A stretch of 64,000 nucleotides of DNA from Caerostris darwini. Lineage: Eukaryota. Shown here piece by piece: positions 49,168-62,269 of this stretch; positions within the stretch are counted from its first letter, which is position 1, and every line of letters starts with the position of its first letter. The stretch spans positions 835,513 to 899,512 of the forward strand of contig BPLQ01015363.1 of assembly GCA_021605075.1 (NCBI GenBank), read 5' to 3'. The notes under the pieces are model-generated. The model had not been told where the DNA came from. It worked only from the letters and a program-made list of their open reading frames with translations, and did no database searches. Both the position numbers and the translations under genes were made by a program.

Positions 49168-50053
49168 CAGGTGGACTGAAACGTTCGTAGGCTGACACAT
49201 AGATAGCGCTACTAGTATTAAATCCATATGATTTTTAGTTAGCCCTAACCTTCAAAAGACAAATGTATAAATTTGACAGCTGTTGCACTATTAGTATGTG
49301 TTATAGCATTTTATAGTGAAGTTATAGCATTTTTAGTGTTCATCACGTGCAGTCCATTCGGCTGACTGTCGATTGGACTCCGGTGTGAAATGATGGAGCC
49401 ATGTTTCTTCCATTGTCACATATCGACGCAATAATTCGGGTTTATTTAGATTGAACAGCTCTAAACACTGCTTAGAATCATCAATTCGTTGTTGTTTTGG
49501 GTCGATTGTGAGCTCTGCGCGGCACCCACTTTGAACAGGCTTTCGCATATCCAAATATTCATTCACGATATGTCCAACACGTTCCTTTGAAATCTTTAGG
49601 GTCTCAGCTATCTTAATCAACTTCCCTTTATGGTTACCAGAAATTATTTTGTAGACTTTTTTGATGTTTTCGTCGGTAACAGCCTCTTTGGGGCGTCCAC
49701 TGCGTGCATCGTCCTCGGTGCTCATTTCGCCTCGTTTAAATTTAGCAAACCACTTCTCTACGGTTGATTTTCCTGGTGCAAAGTCCGAATAATGTTTATC
49801 AAGCCAAGCCTTGGCTTCAATAGTATTTTTTTCGCCAAAAAGCAATGCTTTATTAACACACGAAATTCCTTTTTATCCATTTTTTCAAACTAACAAAAGT
49901 TGCTTCACTAAAAATGCCATAACTCACATACTAATAGTGCAACAGCTGTCAAATATATACACATGTCTTTTGAAGGTTAGGGCTAATTAAAAATCATTAA
50001 TACTAGTAGCTCCATCTATGTGTCAGCCTACGAACATGTCAGTCCAACTGTTA
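49168..50053 (-). mobile_element. Internal-deletion mariner derivative. It has about 150-bp inverted terminal arms flanking only the N-terminal 170 aa of a mariner transposase.
   Basis: 49168..49320 is the near-perfect reverse complement of 49900..50053 (CAGGTGGACTGAAACGTTCGTAGGCTGACACATAGATAGCGCTACTAGTATTAA...). The internal ORF 49333..49845 (-) reads ...WFAKFKRGEMSTEDDARSGRPKEAVTDENIKKV...WLHHFTPESNRQSAEW. This is the mariner HTH N-terminus, and it stops before the catalytic domain. A T21 run precedes the left arm. Confidence 0.7.
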
Positions 50054-53053
50054 TTGTCACTTTCAAATGGATTCCTGATGCCAATGAAATCAAGATTCCA
50101 CAATTCTCTAATTCTAAAAATTACATAATCCAAAGATATAACTAAGTAATAAACATTAAGAAAATTATTTTCATATTACAGATTGTTCATAATTTCTTAA
50201 TTCATGAGTCATAATATACAATACATTCAATAATCTTCATTCATTTCATGATTTTTTTTTTCAATTAGAGTATAACCAAATTTGGTTTCGATTATAGTCA
50301 GACCGATATTCAATTTTTTTTATACACCAGTTAATATAAAGCCTGCAACCTCAGCTCCTGGGAGCAAATCAATTTCCAACTCTTTAAGATTTAAATCGGA
50401 TACTGTTACATTTTTCTCTTTTAATTCGTTTATTGTTGCAATATCAGTTACTTTATTACCGAATCCACAAATTTCATTTCTAATATCACTGACATATCCA
50501 TAGAAGAAATGTTTTGTAAATTATAAATTTTTGCTTCATATACATCATGCAAACAGAATTTGAATTCATTAATCCCCAAAAGACTATGAGTGAGTTTTTG
50601 TTTACATTTAGGGTTTAATTTAATGTCTATAATTATATTCAAATAAAAGCATTGAAACCCTGTATCAATGGCTGAAAGTAAGCCTAAGTAGCCCTAACTA
50701 TTACGTAAGCATTATCAGTAGCCCTAACTGTTCTTTCGTAGTTTCGATTTCGTATTCTTAATGTTAAAGTCATTATTAAAGCATTTTCAATATTGCAGTT
50801 ATTCGATAGAATCGTGGTTTCAACTATTTCTGTTTTGATTTCCTTTACATTTAATTCCCTTTCAAGACACACAAAAATGTAATGATTTTTGTTGCATTGA
50901 ATATATCTGTTTATTTATTTTTTTTATCTGCAATTTCTAGATAAGTAACCTGTTATTAAGCAACAAATAACTTGCACCCTTTCTAATCAAAATATTTTTT
51001 CTTATCTTCAAGACTCAAGTTTCTAGCCATAAAATATTCATGATTTTTATCACAAAATAACCAATTAAAATAGTGTCACCCTAGTTCCGTTGATTCGTCA
51101 CGCACTGCTGTTTAAGGTATTCCAGTTTATTTTTCTGCAAAAAGTTCTTTTATTTGACATTCGAGTTAGCTACAAAGCCGCTAGTACAAACAGGATTCAC
51201 CATTTTTTCTCCTTTCACTTCTTGTTTATGAAAGCTCATTAACTTTTTATTTTTTCTGTTCTGTTTTCGAGAAGCTCATGCTAGTTCTGCTCCTTTCCCA
51301 TACAACAATTATATTCTCATAACACAAGATTCTACAAGTGAAGTAAAAAAAAAAAATCACCATATATCACTTAAGTCCTTCCTAAAGAATGCAAATATCG
51401 TAATTTCGCTTTTAAATAATTATATAATATAGGAAGATCAGTTTGTGAGCGTCTGGTAGTTTCATTCTTTATTACCATTCTCAGTAGATCTCACAAATAA
51501 ATTTGTACCAGCAAATCTTCTCTATCCAACCTTTTACGTAGTTGCTCAACTGCTTTAGATTGCCTAATCTTGCTTTTATTTATATATTTCTTAATTATAG
51601 AGGTCATTTCATTATAATTACCTCTATATCCTTCTGCTGTCGATAAATCCTCTTCAGAATATTTAGTAGATTCTAAAAGAGTGTTTTCTGCCTCCTCTTG
51701 GTAGATTACCAGTCTCTCAAATTTATTCTTGAACTGCGTTTCAAACATCAAAAGTTCATTAAGATCAGGATATTCTTTAGCAAGTCCAGTCTTTATTTTA
51801 TTCATACACAAGATAAAAGCTGTTCATAGGCATTTGCGTTTCGTTGTTAATTTCGTTTTGGAATACATGTTGCTTTTACTAAACTGCTAATTATGCCCTA
51901 CATTGGGCGTCAGAATATATATTCTATGAAGAATAAAAAAAAATGGGATATCGTGTATATAACCGATGCTTAGCGGCTGTCTTGTCTCTAAAATAATTCA
52001 CTGTGAAACTCATTTCCACATAAACAACAATAAATTAACGACAAAACATATAAAAAATAATACAGCTTCACATACACAACATTAACTACAGCAATATGAA
52101 CACAAACTCAAACTAAATTACCAGGTTTGGCACTTAGCCAGAAGAGGAAATTCGACGATTGCTTCACTTCGATTTAATTGATAAATAAGTCTTGTTTCTA
52201 AAACACAATGATATCCCATGCTTTTTTTTATGTACCACTGAAGTGCATTGATAAGGTAGATATTAAACCATATGAAATATTTAACTTTTTCTAATTCAAT
52301 TTTCTTGGAAATTATTAAGAGATATACCTTATTGATTTGACAAGTTATCATTTTAGTTATGATTTATATGTACTAAACTTTGAATCAAATTTGTGATGGA
52401 CAACTTATGACCATTTCTTGTTCAGTAGCTATTAATTCCAAGGTAAAATTGGTTCTTTTGAGCTTTATAAATAGATAATAGAAAAGGTATATATATTCCT
52501 TCTTTTTTTTTTTTTTTTATCTTTGTATGTTTTATCTAACAATGAACCAAATATCGTTGATCATATTAATACTTGTTTTAATGCTTTTATTTCCCTTTAT
52601 TTTTTATGAAAGAACATATGCTGATAAAGTCTTCATAAGATAATCAATTTTTTTTATTAGTGTCTTGAACTAAATATGGATTATAATTTATAGTAACTTT
52701 TTATGATGGCTTGCTTCAATATGAATTTGATTGTATTATAAAAAAAATATTTCTTATTCTGATCATACACTTATAACTAGAGCTTCATATCATTTTTTAC
52801 CAATTGGGAACACTTATGCAAAGGAACTAAAAACCATTAATTTGAAGTGAGAAGTACGTAGAAAAGCTGAAATTCTCTCTTTTAACATGCTTAAATATAG
52901 CCATCCATTGATATAGTATATAACATTTATATTAAGTGAATTTAGTTAAATATTCTGAACTGTAATAATAATTCAGATGTAATATGTAAATTTTTTTATC
53001 ATATTTTAAGATTATATTCTTAAATTATAAATTAATTTATTTTACATTTGCAG

Positions 53054-53202
53054 TTACAGCACCTGATATATCTGAAATGCCTGTGTATAACTTCAGCTCT
53101 GACAAAGAGTTAGTGACTGAAGCATATAAGTCGTTTAGTTTCATAGATCATCAAGCTAATTTGCTTCAATTGGAAAAGATACATGATATTAAGGCTAAAA
53201 AA
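53054..53202 (+). CDS. TEP1: TEP1-like exon: phase 1 in, phase 0 out. An alternative acceptor 6 nt downstream, at 53060, is also in frame.
   Basis: Acceptor tttgcag| and donor |GTAAGA. Open frame ITAPDISEMPVYNFSSDKELVTEAYKSFSFIDHQANLLQLEKIHDIKAKK. Its phases link the phase-1 chain to the phase-0 TROVE exons. Confidence 0.55.
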
Positions 53203-54511
53203 GTAAGATGTATTTTTAACAGTGAAGTTATTCTTCTGAGTAGCTCCTCTTATTCAATAAAATATCAGGGATTTTTATGTGTATGTATGTTATTGTTAAT
53301 TGTAAACAATGAGATTTACAATTCAAAGAAAATAAATTTAAAAATTTGTAATAAAATTCAAAAAATTTTTTTAATTAATTTTTAAAAATGAGATTTGATT
53401 AGATCGTTTTTTAAAATTCAATTCAATCACAGTTGAAAAATTTTTTTAGTAAAAAATATATATTTTTTTTTGAAAATTTTTGTCCTTATGTTCCACTTAT
53501 GTATGCCACGAACAGATCACTGACAGGTGTTGAGTGGAGGATATTGCCTTTTGGAGTAACTACTCTGTATTTTTGTGTCATACAGAAAAAAATCTAGAAA
53601 ACTACCACCTGACCGCTTGACTATCAATGCAAGATAATTCATACATGTTTCATACACTTCACCATTGAGTCTCCTCGTTTCTGAAAGAAGTGACTGTAAC
53701 AGTGGATTCGAACCTGTGCCTTCTTGCAGGCTAGTGCAGTTCCACACGAAGTGGTTCAAAGATTACATTTGTCATTACAGTTTAAAACTTTGTATTATTC
53801 CTTGAACATTCCCTTATTGAAGGAGTAGCGTTTTCATAACTATTCATGTGGCGATTCTCTCAAAGTAGTTTTCGTTTTCTTTAGCCTACACACCCTGTGT
53901 ATAATGAACTAATTTCCATGTTTTGCTATTAAAACCTGTGTTTTGGAACTATGAGTATAATAATGTGCTAAAAAACTGTCTTGTATAACAGTAATTCCTT
54001 TTTCTGTAATGTAAATTTGGTTCTAAAGACATTTTGAAATCATTAAATCGAATTGGAAAAACAATTCTAACTTCTTTAAATCACATTTATGGAAAAGTAG
54101 TGTAATTTTTCAATTCTAAACTTATTTTAACAATGCATCTTCACGAATGACATTGAGGTAAGTTTATGTAAATTCATCTAATCAATAAGTATATGAATAC
54201 TTTTATTTAAGAATGTTATTTATATTGTTTAGTTAATAGTTATGTACACTTCATGATGTGATACTTACTGCTTAGTTTTTTAAGCTTCATGATTTTATTG
54301 TTCTTTGGAATCGTTATTTGCAGATACTTGTTGTAATTTGCTTCTGAGAAAAAAAATTTTAATATGATTTTAAGAAAAGTTCAGTAAAAATATTTTATTT
54401 CTATGAGAATGCATTTGTTTCTCATGGACAGTTCATTCATGTACATCTAAACTACATATGGTCTTGAACATACATGCCACCATTTGATCTAAATTAAATA
54501 TTTTTTTTTAG

Positions 54512-54646
54512 ATAAAGTTCCTGAATATTGCAAGTATGGCTTTAATTTACAGTTCTAATTTAAAAGATGTTAATGACACATATCGGATGTTAATTCAGAA
54601 ATATGCTGATGATGTCAAAACCTTTGAACCTGAATTCATTTTAAAG
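54512..54646 (+). CDS. TEP1: TEP1-like exon: start of the TROVE-domain region. Phase 0-0.
   Basis: Translation IKFLNIASMALIYSSNLKDVNDTYRMLIQKYADDVKTFEPEFILK. Human TEP1 has ...TSDPTLAAIFEICRELALLEPEFILK at this point. Acceptor tttttttag| and donor |GTATTT. Confidence 0.8.
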
Positions 54647-54985
54647 GTATTTTTGAATTTTTTAAATATTTGTATGAATTTATTTTATCAAGGCTACTTG
54701 AAATATTGCTCTAAAATATTATGAAGAATTTTATTGAAAGTTTAAATGAGTTTTATTTAAGATTTTAAAAATATGAATATATCAGACAACTTAAGAATAC
54801 CTATAAGAAAACATATGAAAATTCTGTGAGATAAATTCTGTGATTAGTAATGATATATTTATCAGCTCAACATCTTTTTTAAATAAATTAAAATTGTCAA
54901 GGTAAACATGCTCCTCTGTTACTAATTTGTTATCCAACTATTGAAGTTTTAAGTTCTTGATTATTTTTACACTGTTCAAACATAT

Positions 54986-56270
54986 TAGGTTGGGGAAAAA
55001 GAAATCCATTATTTTTATATGAACTTCAGGACTTTATTTAACATGCTTCGGATTGTCCGATTTGGGTCAAATATGCACCGTTTTGTTGTATGATTTGTTG
55101 CCATTTTAAAGGTAACTTCATAATGCCTCTCTCATAGAAGTCCTGGTCTCTATTTGCAAAAAACTCTAGTAGTCGATTTTCACAATCCTCCCTAGATGCC
55201 AATTTTTTATCATTAAAGAAATTTTGCAATGCAAGAAAAAGATGATAATCGCTTGGTGCCAAGTCCGGACTGTATGGCGGATGCATTAAAACTTCCCAAC
55301 CAAGCTCCCGAAGTTTCTGGCGAGTCACTGTAGATGTGTGTAGCCTAGCGTTGTCCTGGTGGAACACGACACCTCTCCTGTTGGCCAATTCTGGCCGTTT
55401 CTGGTCAATCGCTATCTTCAAACGGTCAGTTGTTGACAGTAGAGATCAGAATTTAGCGTTTGGCCATATGGAAGCAACTCATAATAAATAATCCCCTTCC
55501 AGTCCCACCAAATGCATAACAGAACCTTCCTGGCCGTTAGTCCTGGTTTGGCCACCGTTTGAGGTGCTTCACCGCTCTTTGACCACGATCGTTTTCGCAC
55601 AGGGTTATCGTATGTGATCCATTTCTCATCTCCAGTCACCATCTGTTTAAGAAATGGGTCTATCTCATTCCGTTTGGCCAAGGCTTCGTAGATGGAAATT
55701 CGATCCATCATGTTCTTTTCTGTTAATTGGTGTGGCACCCAAACATCGAGCTTCTTTTTGAATCCAGCTTTGTGAAAATGGTTTAAAACAGTTTTATGGT
55801 CGATTTTTAGCTCCTGGGCGATGTTACGACTGCTAACATGCCGGTCAACTTCGATCATTTCTCCGATTTTATCGACATTTTCGACGACCGGCCTACCTGT
55901 GCGAGGTGCATCTTTAACATCAAAAATTCCTGAACGGAATCTACGAAACCAAAATTGCACATAATTGGCTGTTACAGTATCGGAACCATGAACACCATTC
56001 ACAATTTTAGCCGCCTGGCTTGCATTTTCGCCTTTGTCAAAGAAAAACTGTAAAATGTACCGAATTATCTCTTTGTTCACTTCCATTTTTAACACCCTGT
56101 AACTCCCAACTGAATGGACCAAACAAAAAACAGAAGAAGAATTATTTTAGTACGAAGTGCCACCTTTCTAACGAGCATGAATCTGAAATTGTTTAATTGA
56201 TACTTTACGTGATATCGATCACTACAGCCATCTATCGAAAAAATAATGGATTTCTTTTTCCCCAACCTAA
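54986..56270 (-). mobile_element. Near-intact mariner element of the cecropia/Hsmar1-like subfamily, 1285 bp. It has about 31-bp terminal inverted repeats (TIRs) and TA target-site duplications. It sits in a TEP1 intron.
   Basis: The left end is TA|TTAGGTTGGGGAAAAAGAAATCCATTATTTT. The right end is AAAATAATGGATTTCTTTTTCCCCAACCTAA|TA, its exact reverse complement. The internal transposase ORFs lie on the minus strand. Confidence 0.85.
55038..56086 (-). pseudogene. Mariner transposase CDS with a single frameshift near 55420. Otherwise it is full-length, about 345 aa.
   Basis: ORF 55418..56122 reads MEVNKEIIRYILQFFFDKGENASQAAKIVNGVHGSDTVTANYVQFWFRRFRSGIFDVKDAPRTGRP...WITYDNPVRKRSWS...CIWWDWKGIIYYELLP. 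It continues out of frame in ORF 55038..55421 (KIAIDQKRPELANRRGVVFHQDNARLHTS...PPYSPDLAPSDYHLF). This is a DD34D-type catalytic domain. Confidence 0.8.
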
Positions 56271-59051
56271 TATATCCTGACCATCCATACACCCATACAC
56301 ATACTCTTACACCACTTACACATACCAATTGGTGCTTTGCAAATAATTGAATTGTCTTGTAATCCTATATATATATATTTTTTTTTTGTTAAAAAATATA
56401 TGCAGTTTAAAATTTAGAAATATTTTTCTAGATAAAATTTGTGTAATGCTATTTTTATTGTTTCATTGATAAACTATTTAGTCAAACATGCTTAATTAGA
56501 ACTTTTCATTTTATATGAATATTTATTTATTTAACATTGCACTTATAGTAATGAGAAAATAATATATTTGATATATTACACACTTTAAATCATAACTTAT
56601 CTTCATGCTTTTAAGGATTTCATTCTTTGATTATTTTTCTGTTTACATTTATTTATCTAGGAATACTATTTATTTTCTTTTTATTGGTAAAAAACAAAAC
56701 GATAGCATATTTTCATTTCTGTTTCTGAAGATTATATATCTTAAGAACAATGCTAATTTTTTACTTTTTTTGTATATGTATGTATAAAATTATTGCTTGT
56801 ATTATGTTAGTAATAGTAACTTATTAAATATATACATTTAAAAAATAAAACTTCTCCTTGTTTTACCCTCTTTGCTTTTATTTACTTTACAATTTTTTTG
56901 TATGTGTTAAGATAATAAATTATTTATTTATATAAATGTTTAAGAAATAAAATAATTTATTGATTACAAATCTTGTGATGCGTGATAATATTATTTTACA
57001 ATGCATCATTCTTTGTTTAGGTGTTAATTCCCAATTAAGACGTGTAAAACAGTTAAATAAACTAAAATAATATATTTTGGAATTCCACAATATAATAAAG
57101 GAAAAGAAAAGTTAATAAGAGATTTTTTTTTAAAATCTATAAGAAATAGAAATAGCTAGAGTGATGTAGAGATAAATTGTTTATCACAGTTTTATAATTC
57201 TGTAAATCATTTAATTGCTGTGTTGAATATTTTTTACGTTTAACTCTGCAACTATTAATAATTTTAATATTACTTTTATCACAAATTTCTTTTATTCATA
57301 TCAAGTTTCTAAAATAAATTCATTTTTTTTTATTATCTGTGCTATGCATGTATTTTTTCTTGTTTTCTGTAAATTTAATAAGTTAATAAGCATTAAGCAG
57401 ACTTTTCTTTAAAAAAATTGCTTTTAATGTATGATATTGGAAAAGGATACATCTGTAATTACTACTTAGATTTTCTGTAATTTTTTCATTTTTCACATTG
57501 TTTATTTTTTTCCTGGTATGTATCAGATAAATTTTTTTTTAAATAATATTCACTGTCTACAAAGGCTTTTTTTAAAAATAATTATGCTAAGGTATTCATA
57601 CCATAATAAGTACTCTATCCATAACCTACAGCCTATTCTTTTTATTGGATTTGGTAACATCTTCTTAATTTTGATTAGTTTTAACCATTAACTTTTAATC
57701 TGTTTCTTGCACCTTTGCTTTTAAATGGTTTTAAAAGCAAGTAGAATGGTTTAAGTAGCAAGTAGTTAGATAGTATATATTGCTGTGGAACTTTCTCCTT
57801 TAATTTTAATTCATTCAAAGTGTGAAATAAGCATATGCTTTAAAATAGTTAATAGTTAGTCATGAAGCTAAAAAATCTGTTTTTAAATCGAATGTTAGGC
57901 TTTATAAAAAAATAAAAAGTTTCAATATATAAAGGAGAAGTTGTTAACATTAACATCCATCCTATTTTAGAAGAAAAGTTATGTTACTAACTCAGTAGGT
58001 AAATAATATTTCAGTTTTTTAGCAGTCAAGATCTGGTTGAAAAGTTATTTAATTATAAAAAAATTCTTTTAAATGGTGCTACACTATTTTGCTTGCTTGT
58101 TTACATTATTCTTTATGTCACAGTTGTATTATGCTGATCAACTTGTCATTTATTACTGATATATAAAAAGTGCCAAGAGAATAACATTTAACAAGTCGTA
58201 TTCTTTCAAATGAAAAAAAGGTTGTGGAATTATACAAAATTCAGAAAGTTGAAGAACTATGTCTAAAGAAAAAAGATGGGCTATTTTATACCAAGAGCTT
58301 TACTTGTGGATTAAAGGAGCATGTACATTTATAAAAATTTGAAAAATTCATGTAAAGCAGTATGTGCTAAAGTGGTCTTAGTTTCAGAAAGTTAAAAAAA
58401 AAGATACATTTTATTAATGTGAGCATGAACAACTCTGATTTGAAGGACTTGTATTTGTGTCAGTGTGTGCAAATAGATAGAAAAAAGCATAGAACAAGGT
58501 GATAGAAGAAATATGTATGAATGGATTTGTCCTCTTTCTAGTAAATGTGAAAGTGATAAATTCTCAGAAAAGTATTTAACTTTGTTCTATTTGCAATTGA
58601 ATAATGGCTAATCTGATTTATTTTTCACTATGCTGTTAGCTACGATTTTAAGTGGAATTATTTGCTGTTTTATTATTTTAAAGACAAATATTTCACATTC
58701 TCATTATCTTTCAAACTATGTTGCAAATGCATGTAACTATCAAATTAAAATAAGCACATTTTTTAATATTCAAAAATTTATTTAAAAGGAATTAAATGGA
58801 AACCAAGTAGTAGATGCCTCTATATGGTTATCATTCTCTCTCAAAAATTGCTTATTACTTTTATTATGTAATCAAGACTTATTATGGATGAATTTTAAAT
58901 GACACTGTTTGCAATTTGAAAAACATTAAACTATAGAAATATTCCAATTGGCTATTCAGCTAGCAGTCATTTTTTACTTTCCCATATATATTAGTTGTTT
59001 ATTTATTATTCATTTCCTATGAAAAATTTAAAAATGTCCTTTTATTTTTAG

Positions 59052-59213
59052 GTGGCACTCTTTAGTCGTCAAGAACTCCACATTAGATCAGCTTCGAATT
59101 TTCTGTTATCTTATGCTGCTTACTGTGAAGAAACGCGGCCTTATTTAGAAAAATACTTTGAATCATGCATAAGATTGCCTTCAGATTTTATAGAAGTGGC
59201 TGAATTATATCTG
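59052..59213 (+). CDS. TEP1: TEP1-like TROVE exon. Phase 0-0.
   Basis: Translation VALFSRQELHIRSASNFLLSYAAYCEETRPYLEKYFESCIRLPSDFIEVAELYL. Human TEP1 has ASLYARQQLNVRNVANNILAIAAFLPACRPHLRRYFCAIVQLPSDWIQVAELYQ. Acceptor ttattttag| and donor |GTAATT. Confidence 0.85.
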
Positions 59214-61339
59214 GTAATTTCGTTATTCATTTAATAAAGCATGTTTACTAAGAAAATGAATGCATAAAAAAGTATGATTAAATATTTCTTGTGTGAAAAT
59301 TTATCAAAATATTATTCTTTAAATATTATTACTTATATTGTTTTTAATATTATTCTTGTTAAATATTATTACTTATATTTTTTTTAATATTATTTTAGTT
59401 AAATATTATCTATTAAGTGAAAGGGATTTTCACAGAATTAGATCATGTAACTTTTTAAATGTTTATACAGATTCCTTATAGAAACTAAATTTAATGTAAG
59501 GAGCCTTACTTTAATAATTATTGTTATAAAAATATGAAAAATTTTCATATGTCAATTCATATTCAAATTATGATATGCCAAAATTTTCTTAGATGTTGCA
59601 TATCAATTTTTATTGGATATTAATGATCATATATTTATATATTATATTCATCTCTATAGATAAAATTCTAAGTGCCGATTTCAAATAAAAAAATTTTATT
59701 ATTTTATGTTAAACTTCACATTTTGGCACTAACAGTCAATTTTGTTTTGATATATTAAGTATCAAATGTAAAAATTCTGTTTTTCAAAAAATATTATATT
59801 TTATTTATTGAAAATAACGGTTTTTGTAATTTTCATCTAATATTATTAAGGGAACAAAAATTGTGTAATTAGTATAGATCTAATATAAATCTTTTAGATA
59901 GAAAGTTCTTTTTCTGTTTTAATTAATTTTAGAAAATTTTGTTATTATGTACTGCTTAATGTGGTATGTTAATTCATTATATAATTTTTTTTATATTTTT
60001 ACTTTCTTTAGAAGCATTAGTTTTCTTTCCTTAGATAAAAATAGTTTAGATCATAAATATTATTCAAGTTTGTATATAAGATCATGAACTTTCAACTATA
60101 TATCAATTGGAATTTTTGTTATTGATTGGAAGCAAATATTTGAAATTTTATCACACTTAGAAATTAGGGTATTTCTTTGAAGAGGAAATAAAATATGTAT
60201 AAAATTTTAACATATCTGTAAGATATAATGATAAGGGCTAATTTGATACAACAGTGTCTACTACTTTCGAAAATCCAAAATCTACTGCACAATAAATCAG
60301 TTAGACTCCCGCCACTTGGTAAGTCTAGATATATTCAATGAAACTTCCAGCAACAGCCGGTATATAAAGACTTATGAATTAAAAAGTTGTATAATTCAGG
60401 GAGAGTTGTCAGGTGGACAGCTCTATGGATAGTGTTAAATATTATGCTTTATAATTGTAAATATTATACGTAATGTGTATTAAAGATGATGAAAAAAACC
60501 AGCCTGTCCTTATTTTAAAATTCCCCTGTTGATACATAGTTATTCCCCTGCTGACTTTTTGCACTGCCACAACTACTTAATCTATAATGGTAAAGTAACT
60601 GTGCAATCTGTATCTACACTATGTCGCAAAATATAGTATAATATGCTTTTCTCAAAAAGAAAAAGGATATTTTATGTGTTCATTTGTTGGAAAATTAAAA
60701 ATAAAGTATTTATTTTAAAAAATCCCCAAATAATATGTTCATAAGTATACCCAATAAAATTTTTATGGATAAATTTTAAAATTTAACAATGTACTTTCAA
60801 ATGCTAATAAGTACTAGAATTACATTATTTTGTTTTGCTTCAAATAGGCGATTTTTAATTGAATTTCTATGTTTTGCATAAATTTTGGGTAAAGTTCAAT
60901 ATCATACTTGCTCAATTATTATTTTGAGCTCCATGATCCAAAAATTTATCACTAAATTTCATACAAGTTTCCCGATAAGTGTCTCCTCATATTGAGATCC
61001 GAACTAAGTATATGCTAGTCCATAACTTTGTAGAAAATATATTTGTAGATTTTATCTGTGCATCTATTTTTCAACGAATTGAAACACCCAATCAGGCCCT
61101 CAAAGCAAATCCAGTAATGAAATTAAATAATCCTCTAATGTTTGTTAATAGACTATACAATTCAATGTTTTACTGCAAAAGGACAGAAACGCTTGGGCGT
61201 ATAACTCAAACCACAACAAATCGCTATTAACCATCCACATTGTTGCCACCCAAAAACGCAGGTTTGTTTCTTAAATCATTACAGTAAAATTCATATTAAT
61301 AAGGTTCATCTAAATCCCATTTATTAGCATTACTAAATA

Positions 61340-61625
61340 GGCGCCTGATGGCCGAGTGGCTAGCGCTCTGTCGCTCGGTATCACAGGTATCGGGTTCAAA
61401 TCCCGGCGTTGCCATGAGTGTTTGTAGTAGTTCGGAATCCACTTTAAACAGTAGGTCCCGGTCCTAATAGGATCGTGAGCGTTGCGGGGGCATTGTTACT
61501 ACGCGTCCGTGGCTTATCTTCAAGTTACACGTGCCCCCTGGGTAATGCAAAGTGAGTAACGTCGGTGCAGCTCTTATGGCATAAAAAGATCACGGTCTAT
61601 TTGCCAGCTGCATTAAAAAGAGAGT
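61340..61625 (+). mobile_element. tRNA-derived SINE copy of the same family, inside a TEP1 intron, with an 11-bp target-site duplication.
   Basis: The head GGCGCCTGATGGCCGAGTGGCTAGCGCTCTGTCGCTCGGTATCACAGGTATCGGGTTCAAATCCCGGCGTTGCCATGAGTGTTTGTAGTAGTTCGGAATCCACTTTAAACAGTAGGTCCCGGTCC matches the family. The direct repeat ATTACTAAATA occurs at 61329..61339 and again at 61626..61636. Confidence 0.7.
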
Positions 61626-62269
61626 ATTACTAAATATGGTACAGAGAGAGTCATTTTTCACCATAAGACATTAGACACCACAGACAAATTAGTCGTATCC
61701 TGTTATGGGGCATTTTAAAATCTGTGATTTGTATATATATATTTTTTTTCAAATGTAGAGGCAATTTATTGCAATGACTTTATTTTCAGAATGTGCCATG
61801 CATAATATTTTTTTTGTTATCCCTTATGCATTTTTTTTCTTTCATTTATCAGGTCTTTGTATTAGAATGTTTTCTATCTTTTTTTAAAAGTTCTAGGAAT
61901 TTTCCTCAAAGATAATTCTGAAATCTTAGAAAGCCGCTTCAGCTGTTTTGCTTTAACTTTTAAATTTAAAATTTGATATCCTCCACTGAAATCTGTTTGG
62001 CCCTTGTAATTGCATATTCCAAAACTCTAAACATGACAAAAATCAAACAAAACTTTATAATTGTTAATTAATTGTCTGTGAAAAATGACTTAAAAGAACA
62101 GTCAATAATTAAAAATATTTTTTCAATTTTCTAATTTTTATTTCATTATTAATTGTTGCCTTATGTTTTGTAAAATAAATACAAATGAATCAATGGGAAA
62201 GATAGAAAGTTTATCATTTCTACAAGTACATGAATAAAACTTTAATTTTGAATGCCATTTTCAATCTGT

